Source: Dehalococcoidia bacterium (lineage in GTDB: Bacteria > Chloroflexota > Dehalococcoidia > Lucifugimonadales > Lucifugimonadaceae). From it: a stretch of 64,000 bases of DNA. Of this stretch, positions 9,680-19,151 are shown piece by piece. The DNA lies in assembly GCA_026421185.1 (NCBI GenBank), contig JAPKCH010000003.1:12375-76374 (forward strand), given 5' to 3'. Below the pieces are notes generated by a model, which worked only from the letters and a program-made list of their open reading frames with translations, was not told where the DNA came from and did no database searches. The translations under genes were made by a program, and so were the position numbers. Numbering within the stretch: the first letter of the stretch is position 1; every line of letters starts with the position of its first letter.

Positions 9680-10999
9680 TTATTCGCCAATTATTTGGCG
9701 GCGTCGGTATTCAGATGCGGCGGCGTGTCCATGTAATCCTTCAAGCTTTGCAAGAATTTCAGCGTCTTTAGATAATTTCAAGAACGTTTCATCATCGAAT
9801 GTGAGCACCGGAGTTACCCGCACGAAATTCCGCACTGATAACGCCGATGAGAATCGTGCGGTTCCAGCTGTAGGCATAACGTGCGACGGGCCTGCAACAT
9901 AGTCGGCCATCACTTCTGCGGACCACTCACCGACGAACAGACCGCCAGCGCTGGTTACTTTGTCGACAAGTTCATCAGCATCTGCGGTCAATATGCATAG
10001 GTGCTCAGGCGCAGCTGCGTTTGCGACGTCTATAGCTTCGGTCGTATTGTCCACGACTACGGCGACACCTCGATTCGAAAATGCTGCCCTCGCTATGCTA
10101 CCTCTTGGTAGATCTTCTAGCTGACGTTCGATTTCGGCTTCGATTTTTTCAACTATTTCTTCTGAGAGGGCGACCAGTATTGGCATAGCCACAGTGTCGT
10201 GTTCGGCTTGGGCGATTAAATCGGATGCTGTAAAACGTGGTTCTGCTGACTCATCAGCGATGACAAGTGTTTCTGTTGGACCATATAGACCATCTATCCC
10301 AACATCTCCGTATACGAGCTTCTTGGCTGCTGTTACCCAAGCGCTGCCCGGACCGCATATTAGATCGACAGAAGGCACTGACTCAGTGCCATACGCCAGA
10401 GCTGCAATTGCCTGAGCGCCACCAAGTTTAAATACTCGAGAGGCTCCCGCTATTTTGGCCGCCGCTAGAACTGCGGGGTGTGGCATAGAGTTACCCGGCG
10501 CTGGTGTTGCGACGATGATCTCTTTGACTCCGGCTACCTTGGCGGGTACTACCGTCATGATGACTGTCGAAGCCAATGGAGCTGTACCAGCAGGTACGTA
10601 TGCTGCGATCGATCCCAAAGGGGTAACGCGCTCGCCAACTTTGCCTGTTCCATCACTCCAACTCTTGGGCAGTCCTCGGGTCTGAAATTTTCTGACTCTT
10701 TCTACAGCAAGTTCAATTGCTGCGGTCGATGCAGGGTCGAGATTTGCTAGAGCTGAGTCTATCTCTGACTGAGGTACTTCGAAATTTTCTGGCGAAGATC
10801 CATCGAGTGCAGTATTGATTCGTTTCAGACCTGCATCGCCTTCATTTCGGACAATATCAATGACACGTGCAGCGAATTCGTTTGGCGAAACCTTGTCTGA
10901 AAATAGACCTTTGCCATCAGAAAGAACCGCTGACGCTGGCATATTCCGATCGCGTTTAAAGTGTTCAATTCCAGCTGAAGCACCGATTACACGTTTCAC
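9680..10999 (-). CDS. hisD: histidinol dehydrogenase
   Basis: YVPAG, GGAQAIAALAYGT, GPGS, GPTE, AQAEHD, APEHL, DYVAGPSHVMPT, EGLHGHA. Confidence 0.96.
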   Translation of the reverse strand: MKRVIGASAGIEHFKRDRNMPASAVLSDGKGLFSDKVSPNEFAARVIDIVRNEGDAGLKRINTALDGSSPENFEVPQSEIDSALANLDPASTAAIELAVERVRKFQTRGLPKSWSDGTGKVGERVTPLGSIAAYVPAGTAPLASTVIMTVVPAKVAGVKEIIVATPAPGNSMPHPAVLAAAKIAGASRVFKLGGAQAIAALAYGTESVPSVDLICGPGSAWVTAAKKLVYGDVGIDGLYGPTETLVIADESAEPRFTASDLIAQAEHDTVAMPILVALSEEIVEKIEAEIERQLEDLPRGSIARAAFSNRGVAVVVDNTTEAIDVANAAAPEHLCILTADADELVDKVTSAGGLFVGEWSAEVMADYVAGPSHVMPTAGTARFSSALSVRNFVRVTPVLTFDDETFLKLSKDAEILAKLEGLHGHAAASEYRRRQIIGE

Positions 11000-11001
11000 G
11001 G

Positions 11002-12021
11002 CTATTCGTCCGAATCTATGAATGGCTTCAGATTTTCCACAAGCCTGTCGTAAGAGTCACATCTGTCGCGATACACGTATTGAACGTCGTTGGCAGCGAT
11101 ACCAATTCCGCCAAGATCTCGCAGGTGGCTCACTACATCTGGAAGATCCGATTTTCGCACCAATACCTGAACTGTGAACCAATTACTCTTTTTGCCTGTG
11201 TGTATAGCAGAAATGGTTGGACCATCTAGCCCAGCTAACTCGCGACGCTTCAGGACTTGACGAGCGACTTCATCTTCGGATTCACCTTGAATATCGCCAG
11301 TAACTCGCTGGTATTTACGTGCTCGTAAACTTGCTTCGATTTTTTCTAATATTTGTCGAGCGTGCGCTAACTTTTCAGGATCGTTTGCCAACGCCCGGCC
11401 GTTACCGACTATTACCGATTGAGATTCGATTACCTCACCGTCAACCAGAATGCGCAGTCCGTTCTCACGGAGTGTTGTACCTGTTGCAGTGATGTCGGCA
11501 ATTATGTCAGCGTAGCCCATAACTGGCGCCGCTTCGAGCCCACCGGAAACGTGAACCATCGAAACGTAGTTCACGCCGTTCTGATCAAGAAATCGCTTTA
11601 CAAGACGTTCGTACTTCGAAGCGATCCTAAGATCGCGCCCTTTTGCACGGAACTCTAGCGCTATATCCGCTAAGTCAGCCATGCTCGTAACGTCAAGCCA
11701 AACGTCTGGGACAGCAATCACTAGTTTCGCTGCACCGAATCCAAGGCCATCGTGTAATAGAACGGTATCGCCGCGTTCCAGCCGAGATTCGTAGTACCTG
11801 TCGAGTCCTACAACACCGATGTCGGCGCTTCCGCCATCGATTTCTATCGTGATATCAGATTGGCGTTGAAACAGAATATCGACGCCTGGAAGTGCTGGAA
11901 TATCAGCTGTGTATCGCCGTGAATTCGCACGGCGAACCGACAGTCCGCACTCTGACAGCAATTTTGCTGTGCCGTCGAACAATGCTCCGGTTGATGGTAG
12001 GGCGAATCGAAGATTGCTCAT
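11002..12021 (-). CDS. hisG: ATP phosphoribosyltransferase (long form, with C-terminal regulatory domain)
   Basis: LRFALPSTG, ADIGVVGLD, LGFGAAKL, GGLEAAP, ADIIADITATGTTLRENGL, C-terminal GLDGPTI domain; 339 aa. Confidence 0.94.
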   Translation of the reverse strand: MSNLRFALPSTGALFDGTAKLLSECGLSVRRANSRRYTADIPALPGVDILFQRQSDITIEIDGGSADIGVVGLDRYYESRLERGDTVLLHDGLGFGAAKLVIAVPDVWLDVTSMADLADIALEFRAKGRDLRIASKYERLVKRFLDQNGVNYVSMVHVSGGLEAAPVMGYADIIADITATGTTLRENGLRILVDGEVIESQSVIVGNGRALANDPEKLAHARQILEKIEASLRARKYQRVTGDIQGESEDEVARQVLKRRELAGLDGPTISAIHTGKKSNWFTVQVLVRKSDLPDVVSHLRDLGGIGIAANDVQYVYRDRCDSYDRLVENLKPFIDSDE

Positions 12022-13382
12022 TACGAGCCCTGCCCTTCACTACCAGAATTAATATCTTGGAAATCGACCGCTGCTCGCTTGCCATTGACTCGTAACTTTC
12101 GAGCCGCTTCGACAGCGCTAGAAATCGATCCTTCGTTCGCTGGTGAAACCGCTATTGTTTCACCGCCAGTGTCAGAATTGCTGCCCAGTGCTTCGATAAC
12201 TGCATCGAGATTGTAGGCAAAGCCCAATGACGGTACATCACGGTCATATCCGAGAGCTCGTGTGAGGCCGTCGTATCTACCGCCACCTCCGAGAGTTTCT
12301 CCCTCATTATCTCCCGCGTAAATATCGAAGAGCATGCCCGTGTAGTAGGCGATGCCGCGTGCCATACCGAAATCTACATTGATCTGATCGCTCAATACAC
12401 CTTCGGTTTCCGCTGAAGAAATGACTTCAGTAAGATTTGAGACTACGTCACTAGAAATTCCAGCCGCTGACAGCACTTTAATACCTTCGGCCACTGCCTC
12501 GCTGCTAGATCCATTGACATGTACGAGATTGGAAAGCATTTTGAGTGCCCGTTTGAAATCAGTAGGATTATCAGCTTGGGACATTTTGCGTGCGAGTCGA
12601 GCAACGATGTCCTCTGGCGATCGAGCACCGGTGTTCTTTCCAAGCTGTACACCGATGCCTTCCGACATCACTTGTTCGATTGTCGAAGCAATGCGTTCGC
12701 GATCGGCTGCTGCTTGAGCGTCATCAACTACTGCATCGGAGATGAAGCCTAGCGTAATAGCTCGTTCTGAAACTGCATCAAGTTCGCCGTTCTTCAATTC
12801 CGCAATGCTGTTTATGAGAAACAGCTTTGCACGTTCTGACAAATTGAATTCAGTGAGTGCCGTAAGTACGACTCCTACGTGGCCTATGACAACCCGGACG
12901 GTGGAAACTCCAAGCGTTTCGAGTCCTTCGAGTGCCATGGCGATAATTTCACCATCGGCTGAAGGTGATGGCGCACCGATTAGTTCAGCGCCAAGCTGTG
13001 TGAACTGTCGAGTTTTAGATCCATCTTCGTCTTCTGGTCCTGCATATCTGAAGACAGGACCGTCGTACATGATCCTCAGCGGAGTTGAAGTCGCCGCGTC
13101 ATCGGCAGTTTGGCGAAGAACTGCAGAGGTGAACTCGGGTCGAAGGCTAACTTCTGCACCACCGGGTTCGATAAATCCATAAAGGCGAGAGGAAAGCGCT
13201 CCGCCTGATTTACGAATATATAACTCTGTTTGCTCGAGAATCGGAGTTTCAATGCGGTCATAACCGCGTAGTCCGAAGGCACCACGTAAGGTCGAAATGG
13301 TGGCATCTCGGGCAGCTAGCGCTTTTGGACCTACGTCCTGCATGTTGGGGAGCCGACGAACGGGCTCAAATTGAGAGGTCAT
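12021..13382 (-). CDS. hisZ: ATP phosphoribosyltransferase regulatory subunit (HisRS paralogue)
   Basis: GYDRIETPILE, LRPEFT, GPVFRY, RQFTQLGAELIG, RGIAYYTG, GGGRYD; truncated anticodon domain; coupled to hisG. Confidence 0.85.
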   Translation of the reverse strand: MTSQFEPVRRLPNMQDVGPKALAARDATISTLRGAFGLRGYDRIETPILEQTELYIRKSGGALSSRLYGFIEPGGAEVSLRPEFTSAVLRQTADDAATSTPLRIMYDGPVFRYAGPEDEDGSKTRQFTQLGAELIGAPSPSADGEIIAMALEGLETLGVSTVRVVIGHVGVVLTALTEFNLSERAKLFLINSIAELKNGELDAVSERAITLGFISDAVVDDAQAAADRERIASTIEQVMSEGIGVQLGKNTGARSPEDIVARLARKMSQADNPTDFKRALKMLSNLVHVNGSSSEAVAEGIKVLSAAGISSDVVSNLTEVISSAETEGVLSDQINVDFGMARGIAYYTGMLFDIYAGDNEGETLGGGGRYDGLTRALGYDRDVPSLGFAYNLDAVIEALGSNSDTGGETIAVSPANEGSISSAVEAARKLRVNGKRAAVDFQDINSGSEGQGS

Positions 13383-13593
13383 CTTGCTAAATAATTATGG
13401 GCGATATGCAGGCTTTTTTCGAGTGTGACAACTCAATTCTAATCGAGTTTGACTAAACTACCCTACTACTGAGACCGGGAACCGTGTGATTTTTGGCAGA
13501 ATTGTTCTACGGGTGAGGACGGATTTATAGATTGAACAGGGATTCGAGATTGAGCAGTCCTAAGCGAAGAGATTCGGACTAGACCGACTAGTC

Positions 13594-14373
13594 CTAGAAT
13601 CCCCATACACGCGCAGCTGTCTTTCCAAGTACCCAATCGATATCACTACCACTGGCGAATGCTGGATGATTTCGTACACCTTCAAGAGTATTTCGGTACC
13701 CCTCTCGACCTGCGCTTGGCGGGTAGTCACTGCCCCACATCATACGGTCTGCACCAAAGGCTTCATATGCCATCTCGAACAATGGCGGAATGTTGTCGAA
13801 GTGAAAACCCGGTAACAATATCTGAGGTCTCGACGTTATTTCACCCAGACCTGGCACCTTAATCGTGGTGTTCGGACGTTGGGCGCATTCGAGCGCCGAT
13901 TTGTAATCGGTATACGGAGCGTCAGCAATTCCGACGCCAGCTAAGTGTTCAATTACGATCTGGGTATCGGGGCAGTCATCAATGATCTTCTTGAAATTCG
14001 CACTTGAGAAACGTTTATCATCGCCAATTGAGCTGACTACAAGTCCCAGTTCACCGCATTTACGCCAAATCTCGGTAACGTCAGACAGCGCATTGAATTC
14101 ACCATCAGGGGCGATTCGCACACCAGCGGCACCCTGTTCTGATAGTTTTTCAAGAGTTCCAAGCGGATCAGAATCGACTGGATCTACCAACACGACAACT
14201 TTGAATCGATCACCGCGTTTAGCGGCTTCTACAAACAAGTAATCGTTGTCGTATGTGCCGCCGTGCTGAATGAGTACCGCACCATCGACACCCGACTGGT
14301 TCATTTCGAACTCAAGAGATTCGATAGGTAGAAACCAGTTTTGCCCTGCGTGGCAGTGGGTGTCGATGATCAA
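13594..14373 (-). CDS. amidohydrolase-2 family metallo-hydrolase (possible sugar lactonase)
   Basis: IIDTHCH, VIEHLAG, FGADRMMWGSDYPP. Confidence 0.8.
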   Translation of the reverse strand: MIIDTHCHAGQNWFLPIESLEFEMNQSGVDGAVLIQHGGTYDNDYLFVEAAKRGDRFKVVVLVDPVDSDPLGTLEKLSEQGAAGVRIAPDGEFNALSDVTEIWRKCGELGLVVSSIGDDKRFSSANFKKIIDDCPDTQIVIEHLAGVGIADAPYTDYKSALECAQRPNTTIKVPGLGEITSRPQILLPGFHFDNIPPLFEMAYEAFGADRMMWGSDYPPSAGREGYRNTLEGVRNHPAFASGSDIDWVLGKTAARVWGF

Positions 14374-14427
14374 GCGGTTACTCAGTTATGTTTTAGTACT
14401 TGTAGGTTGTTTTGGACCAAGCAACTA

Positions 14428-15429
14428 TTACGTTGCAATTTCCATACCTGATTCGCCGACGCCAGAGCCTTCTGCAAGTACTAGATCATCGATCTCTTTC
14501 CTTAGTTCAGCCGGCATATCCCAGTCACCACCGAGGTTGTCAGTCGCTTCAGTTGGAGTTACCGAACCGGCAAGAGCAACGCTAATCGCATCGTTTGCTA
14601 GTACCCAAGCGATAGCAAGCTGAGGAATCGTCTTGCCGTGATCAGCAGCGATTACCTTCAATTTTTCGACAACTGCAACGTTAGCAGCCAGGTTCTCTGG
14701 TCCCCACGAGTTGATGCCGAAGTTGACACCACCGCGTCGCCAGTCATCATCACCAAATGTCTTGTCGGCACCCCATGTACCTGTCAGCAAACCGTGAGAT
14801 AGCGATCCGTAAGCCATTATGCCCATGCCATTGTTTTTCACAAACGGCATAACTTCGGCTTCAGGACGACGATCAAAAATGTGGTACCCGATCTGGTTCG
14901 TGATAATCGGGCTTGTCTCTCGGCTCTCACTCATCATGTTGACATTGAAGTTAGAGACTCCGGTGTGTCGAATCTTACCAGCCTTCTTAGCCTGCTCGAG
15001 AGCTTCCATGGGCTCCGAGAATGAACGGCCGTGGTCGGGCCAGTGAATCAAAAACAGGTCGATGTAATCGGTCTGGAGTCGTTGCAGGCTCTCATCGATC
15101 GACGCCAGCAGACGCTTCGGGTCAGAGTCAGAAACGGTTGCTGCGCGGTTATCTGGATTATCTCGAACCCATTCACGTGCACCTTTGGTGACAAGAACTA
15201 CGTCCTCTCGAATGCCTTTGAGCGCTTTGCCCATCAGGGTTTCGCCGTAGCCCCAACCGTATACAGCAGCCGTATCGAACAATGTAACGCCGCCCTCGTA
15301 CGAGGTACGAGCAGCGGCAATAGCCTGATCATCATCGAAATCACCGTACATACCTCGACCCATCGGCCAGCCACCGTAGCCAATTACGGAGGTTTCCAGC
15401 CCTGAGTCACCAAACATTCGCTTACGCAT
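14428..15429 (-). CDS. aldo/keto reductase
   Basis: FDTAAVYG, LVTK, SLQRLQTDYIDLFLIHWPD, GKIRHTGVSNF, YGSLSHGLLTG, QLAIAWVL. Confidence 0.9.
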   Translation of the reverse strand: MRKRMFGDSGLETSVIGYGGWPMGRGMYGDFDDDQAIAAARTSYEGGVTLFDTAAVYGWGYGETLMGKALKGIREDVVLVTKGAREWVRDNPDNRAATVSDSDPKRLLASIDESLQRLQTDYIDLFLIHWPDHGRSFSEPMEALEQAKKAGKIRHTGVSNFNVNMMSESRETSPIITNQIGYHIFDRRPEAEVMPFVKNNGMGIMAYGSLSHGLLTGTWGADKTFGDDDWRRGGVNFGINSWGPENLAANVAVVEKLKVIAADHGKTIPQLAIAWVLANDAISVALAGSVTPTEATDNLGGDWDMPAELRKEIDDLVLAEGSGVGESGMEIAT

Positions 15430-15503
15430 AAGTTGTCCTGTCTATATTGCTTAGTTTCTAGTTTATAAAAATCTTTTTTATTCAGCTGATCGTAAAATGT
15501 AGT

Positions 15504-16595
15504 TTAGTTCCGGTTATCAAACGAAACATTGCCGTCTGGATCCACTCGTTTTACTGTGCCTGAACCTGTGAACGGACCTGCGGTAATTGTCACAGAAACT
15601 GTTTTTCCTGCCGCAATATTTAGAGCTGTTCCATTTTCTTGGGCTTGCTTTATACCGCCATTTCCGAAGCTTGTGCAGGGTTCTAGGCCTGCGTTGTAGC
15701 ATCTTCCGTACCATGGATACCCGTATCCGCCACCGAAATTACGCCAATACCAGAGATATTTGAATGTCTCGACCGGATAGCTGACAGCCCAACCAATATT
15801 GGTTTCTCCGTTCAGCAGTGCGTACCAGCCTTCAGACATTTCGGTCATGTATGCCATGTCTAGCGAGCGGTCTTCTTTAGGTGGAATTATGCTGAAATCT
15901 AGAACTGAACCGTCTTTGGCGTTCATTTTAGGCCAGTCGCCTCTATAATCAGGTTCAAGCTTGGAATTTGGATCGATGCTTTCAGGATGACTCAGTAGTT
16001 TAGATTCTGGAACAAATAGCCTTGATTTTTCCGAAAGTACAGGTGGTCCAATGGCGATGTGTTCAAGCCAAACAATATCGAGATCTTCCTCACCTTCATT
16101 GGTCACCGACTCGTGGACCCGGAGAGTTGGAGAACCCGAAACGAGCGACAATGTCTTAGAGACTTTCATCGGCATTCTGACGCTTTTAGCGGTGAACCGA
16201 ACACTTACCTTTTCGGCTGTATCCTCTAGCACCTGAACGTCCCATGGAATGAGACTTACATCTCCGTGGATACCAAAATCAGCACCGTAGACTTGATCTG
16301 AATAACCGCCGTGGGGAACGACGGTCTGCCAACCGCCCTCATAGAAATCTAGCCATATCGAGCTAGGGTCACCCGTTGGTGGGACCGTTTTACGGGGATC
16401 GCGGACTCCCGATGGCGTGCGCCACATGAAATCGGTATCGGTCGGCTTGTGCACGAAGCTGTAAATATCAGCGCCTTTATCAGCGAGTACGGTAATTCGC
16501 ACCAGCTCGTTCTCAAGAACCACGGTCTTCAGACCACGATACGTCCAAGAATCTGAAACTCGGCAACCAGTAGTTCGTTCATCTTGATAATGCAT
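15504..16595 (-). CDS. galactose-mutarotase-like (aldose 1-epimerase/DUF4432-like) protein, copy 1
   Basis: LENELVRITVLADKGADIYSF, YEGGWQ, HGDVSLIPW, FKYLWYW, GLEPCTS; paralogue of 19152-20225. Confidence 0.7.
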   Translation of the reverse strand: MHYQDERTTGCRVSDSWTYRGLKTVVLENELVRITVLADKGADIYSFVHKPTDTDFMWRTPSGVRDPRKTVPPTGDPSSIWLDFYEGGWQTVVPHGGYSDQVYGADFGIHGDVSLIPWDVQVLEDTAEKVSVRFTAKSVRMPMKVSKTLSLVSGSPTLRVHESVTNEGEEDLDIVWLEHIAIGPPVLSEKSRLFVPESKLLSHPESIDPNSKLEPDYRGDWPKMNAKDGSVLDFSIIPPKEDRSLDMAYMTEMSEGWYALLNGETNIGWAVSYPVETFKYLWYWRNFGGGYGYPWYGRCYNAGLEPCTSFGNGGIKQAQENGTALNIAAGKTVSVTITAGPFTGSGTVKRVDPDGNVSFDNRN

Positions 16596-16610
16596 TTGGC
16601 ACTCTTTCTT

Positions 16611-17672
16611 CTACGAACCGGGCTGAATCACGATGCGGTAAATATCTTTGTTTGGATCGAGCATACGTTTGAACCCATCTTCCATCGCTCTACTCAGCGG
16701 CACTACATCTGAAATCAATGGTTTTACGTTAATTTTGCCTTGACCGACCAATTCAACAGCAGCTTCGAGATCTCCTGGTGAAGTTGCTACCGATCCAATG
16801 ACAGTAATCTCTAGACCGACCACTTTGTTGAAATTTATCTCAGGCGTAGTTGAATAAATCCCTAGGAGAAGAGTCGTACCACCGCGGCGAGTCCACTCAA
16901 TCGCCATCCGTGGGGTTTCTTTAGCCCCAGCAGTTTCGACGACAATGTCTGGTCCAATACCGCCGGTGAGTGCCAGTAGTTCAACTCCAGCTTTTTCTTC
17001 ATCACGTGAACTTAATATGTCATCGGCTCCGAGCTCTTTGGCCAGACCTAGGCTTTGTTCACGTACATCGAGCCCAATAACTCGAGCACCGGCAGCTTTG
17101 AAAGCTTGAATAGTGAGCAGTCCGACCGTGCCACATCCTACAACTGCGACATTGTCGCCGGGCCGAACACCTGAGCGACGAACCCCGTGGACTGCGACCG
17201 TTGCTGGCTCTAGTAACGGACCTTCGATATCCGAGATACTATCGGGCATTGGAACGAGTTTCGCTGCAGGCCAAACCATAAACTCCGCGAGACCGCCGTC
17301 GGCCATAAATCCAGCGACAGCCATGTTCGGGCAAACTGCTTGTTGGCCACGCATGCACCAAAAACAGGTTCCACAGGTCAATACTGTGTTGATGGCAACG
17401 CGGTCACCAACCGATACGTTGTCGACACCTTCGCCGAGTTCAACGACAGTTCCGGCAGTTTCGTGACCTAGAACTAACGGAGTCTGCTTTCCTGTCATTG
17501 CATTAGGCGAACCATGCTGAACCCACAGTGGTCCGTACTGCCACTCCTCGATATCAGTTGCGCAGATGGATGTCCCAGTGATTCGAATTTTTGCTTCACC
17601 CAATCGCGGAACTGGTTCCGGAATATCTTCGAGTCGTAAGTCTTTGTTGTCGTGATAGACGATTGCTTGCAT
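16611..17672 (-). CDS. zinc-dependent medium-chain alcohol/polyol dehydrogenase
   Basis: ICATD, LGHE, CxxCxxCx7C structural Zn site, LLEP, GCGTVG. Confidence 0.9.
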   Translation of the reverse strand: MQAIVYHDNKDLRLEDIPEPVPRLGEAKIRITGTSICATDIEEWQYGPLWVQHGSPNAMTGKQTPLVLGHETAGTVVELGEGVDNVSVGDRVAINTVLTCGTCFWCMRGQQAVCPNMAVAGFMADGGLAEFMVWPAAKLVPMPDSISDIEGPLLEPATVAVHGVRRSGVRPGDNVAVVGCGTVGLLTIQAFKAAGARVIGLDVREQSLGLAKELGADDILSSRDEEKAGVELLALTGGIGPDIVVETAGAKETPRMAIEWTRRGGTTLLLGIYSTTPEINFNKVVGLEITVIGSVATSPGDLEAAVELVGQGKINVKPLISDVVPLSRAMEDGFKRMLDPNKDIYRIVIQPGS

Positions 17673-17896
17673 GTTAATTGTTCAGTCGACTTTGAATTTC
17701 TTTAAATATCGTCGGAATTCTACACGTGGTTCATTGGACTGCAATCACCTCTTCCATCAAGGATTACCTGACTCTTAAGTGCTAAAATCTCGCCGCGAAA
17801 TCAATTAAAGTCAGAGATCACATCTTGTGGTTCTGACTAATCAATCGATCAGCTAACTCGTTTGAAGAAACCCTGAATAAGGGTAGGGAGTCTGAA

Positions 17897-19069
17897 ATGA
17901 AAGCTAGTCCGAAGATCACAAAAGTCTCGGTCACCACGTACGAGCATGAACTCGAAAATCTTGGCAAGGACTACAACACGTTCAATACGGTTTACGAAGC
18001 CGGTTCCAAGCTGAAGCAAACAGGCACTGTACTCCAGATCCACACGGACCAAGGAATCGTCGGTGAGTACCCCGACATTGGTCCAGCAATTAGCGATATA
18101 CAAACAGTGGCTGAATATCTTATCGGTAAAGATGCGCTATCTCGAGAGAAGATTTACAACGACACCAAACGTGGATTACGGCACGGCGCCATGCTTGGTG
18201 TTGGTGTTATCGACATCTGCCTTTGGGACATCGCTGGAAAACTCTACGACGAGCCGCTGTATCGGCTACTAGGCGGCGAGAAGAAGGCTCTTCCTGCGTA
18301 TGCATCGACACTCCACGGTGATGAAAACGGAGGGCTACAGACTAAAGAAGACTTCGCTGATTTCGCTGAACAGTGTTACGAAATGGGCTATAGATCGTTC
18401 AAAGTACATGGCTGGGGACTCGCAGGCAGCAACATCAAGCGTGAAGTCGACAATGTTTTAAATTTGGGAAAACAGTTCGCTGACCGAATGGATCTATTGA
18501 TCGATCCGGCTTGTGAGGTTAAAAACTTCGGTGACGCACTCAAACTTGGTTACGCTGTGGATGAAGCCAATTTCTTCTGGTGGGAAGATCCGTATCAGGA
18601 CGGTGGTGTGTCACAATTTGCTCATCGTAAACTTCGGCAAATGGTGAAAACACCGCTTTTGCAAACTGAGCACATTCGATTGCTCGAACAACATGTTGAC
18701 TTCATCGTTGCTGATGGAACCGACTACGTTCGAGCTGGTGCTCACGAAGACGGTGGAGTGACCGGAGCTATGAAGATCGCCCACGCATCCGAAGGTTTCG
18801 GCCTTGATGTGGAACTTCACGGGCCTGGACCAGTTCATCGTCACATCATGTCTTCAATCAGAAATACGAACTTCTTCGAATTAGGTCTCGTTCACCCAAA
18901 GGTGAAAAGCACCAAGGCGCCTCTCTACCTCGGATATAACGATGATCTCGACGGAATCGACAGCAAAGGAAATGTCTACGCACCAGACGGTCCGGGAATC
19001 GGTGTTCCCTTGGACTGGGACTGGATTCGAGCACACCAGACCGATGAAGGTGTTCTAGCTGAAGCTTAG
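17897..19069 (+). CDS. mandelate racemase/muconate lactonizing enzyme (enolase superfamily), probable acid-sugar dehydratase
   Basis: IDICLWDIAGK...PLYRLLGG, PAYAST, FKVH, metal ligands in DP/WEDP/TEH, ELHG, PGIG. Confidence 0.88.
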   Translation: MKASPKITKVSVTTYEHELENLGKDYNTFNTVYEAGSKLKQTGTVLQIHTDQGIVGEYPDIGPAISDIQTVAEYLIGKDALSREKIYNDTKRGLRHGAMLGVGVIDICLWDIAGKLYDEPLYRLLGGEKKALPAYASTLHGDENGGLQTKEDFADFAEQCYEMGYRSFKVHGWGLAGSNIKREVDNVLNLGKQFADRMDLLIDPACEVKNFGDALKLGYAVDEANFFWWEDPYQDGGVSQFAHRKLRQMVKTPLLQTEHIRLLEQHVDFIVADGTDYVRAGAHEDGGVTGAMKIAHASEGFGLDVELHGPGPVHRHIMSSIRNTNFFELGLVHPKVKSTKAPLYLGYNDDLDGIDSKGNVYAPDGPGIGVPLDWDWIRAHQTDEGVLAEA

Positions 19070-19090
19070 AGTTTCAGAGGCTTAAACAAA

Positions 19091-19134
19091 AAAGGTCGGT
19101 GAACTGGCATGAATATGTTGGTTCACTGACCTTT
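19091..19134. terminator. bidirectional intrinsic terminator between convergent genes
   Basis: Inverted repeat AAAGGTCGGTGAAC...GTTCACTGACCTTT with an A-run on the left and a T-rich right flank. Confidence 0.7.
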
Positions 19135-19151
19135 GCTTATTCACAGTAGGA

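Noticed and set aside
13383..13593. His attenuator or T-box upstream of hisZ
   Set aside because: No His-codon-rich leader peptide and no T-box consensus on the minus strand
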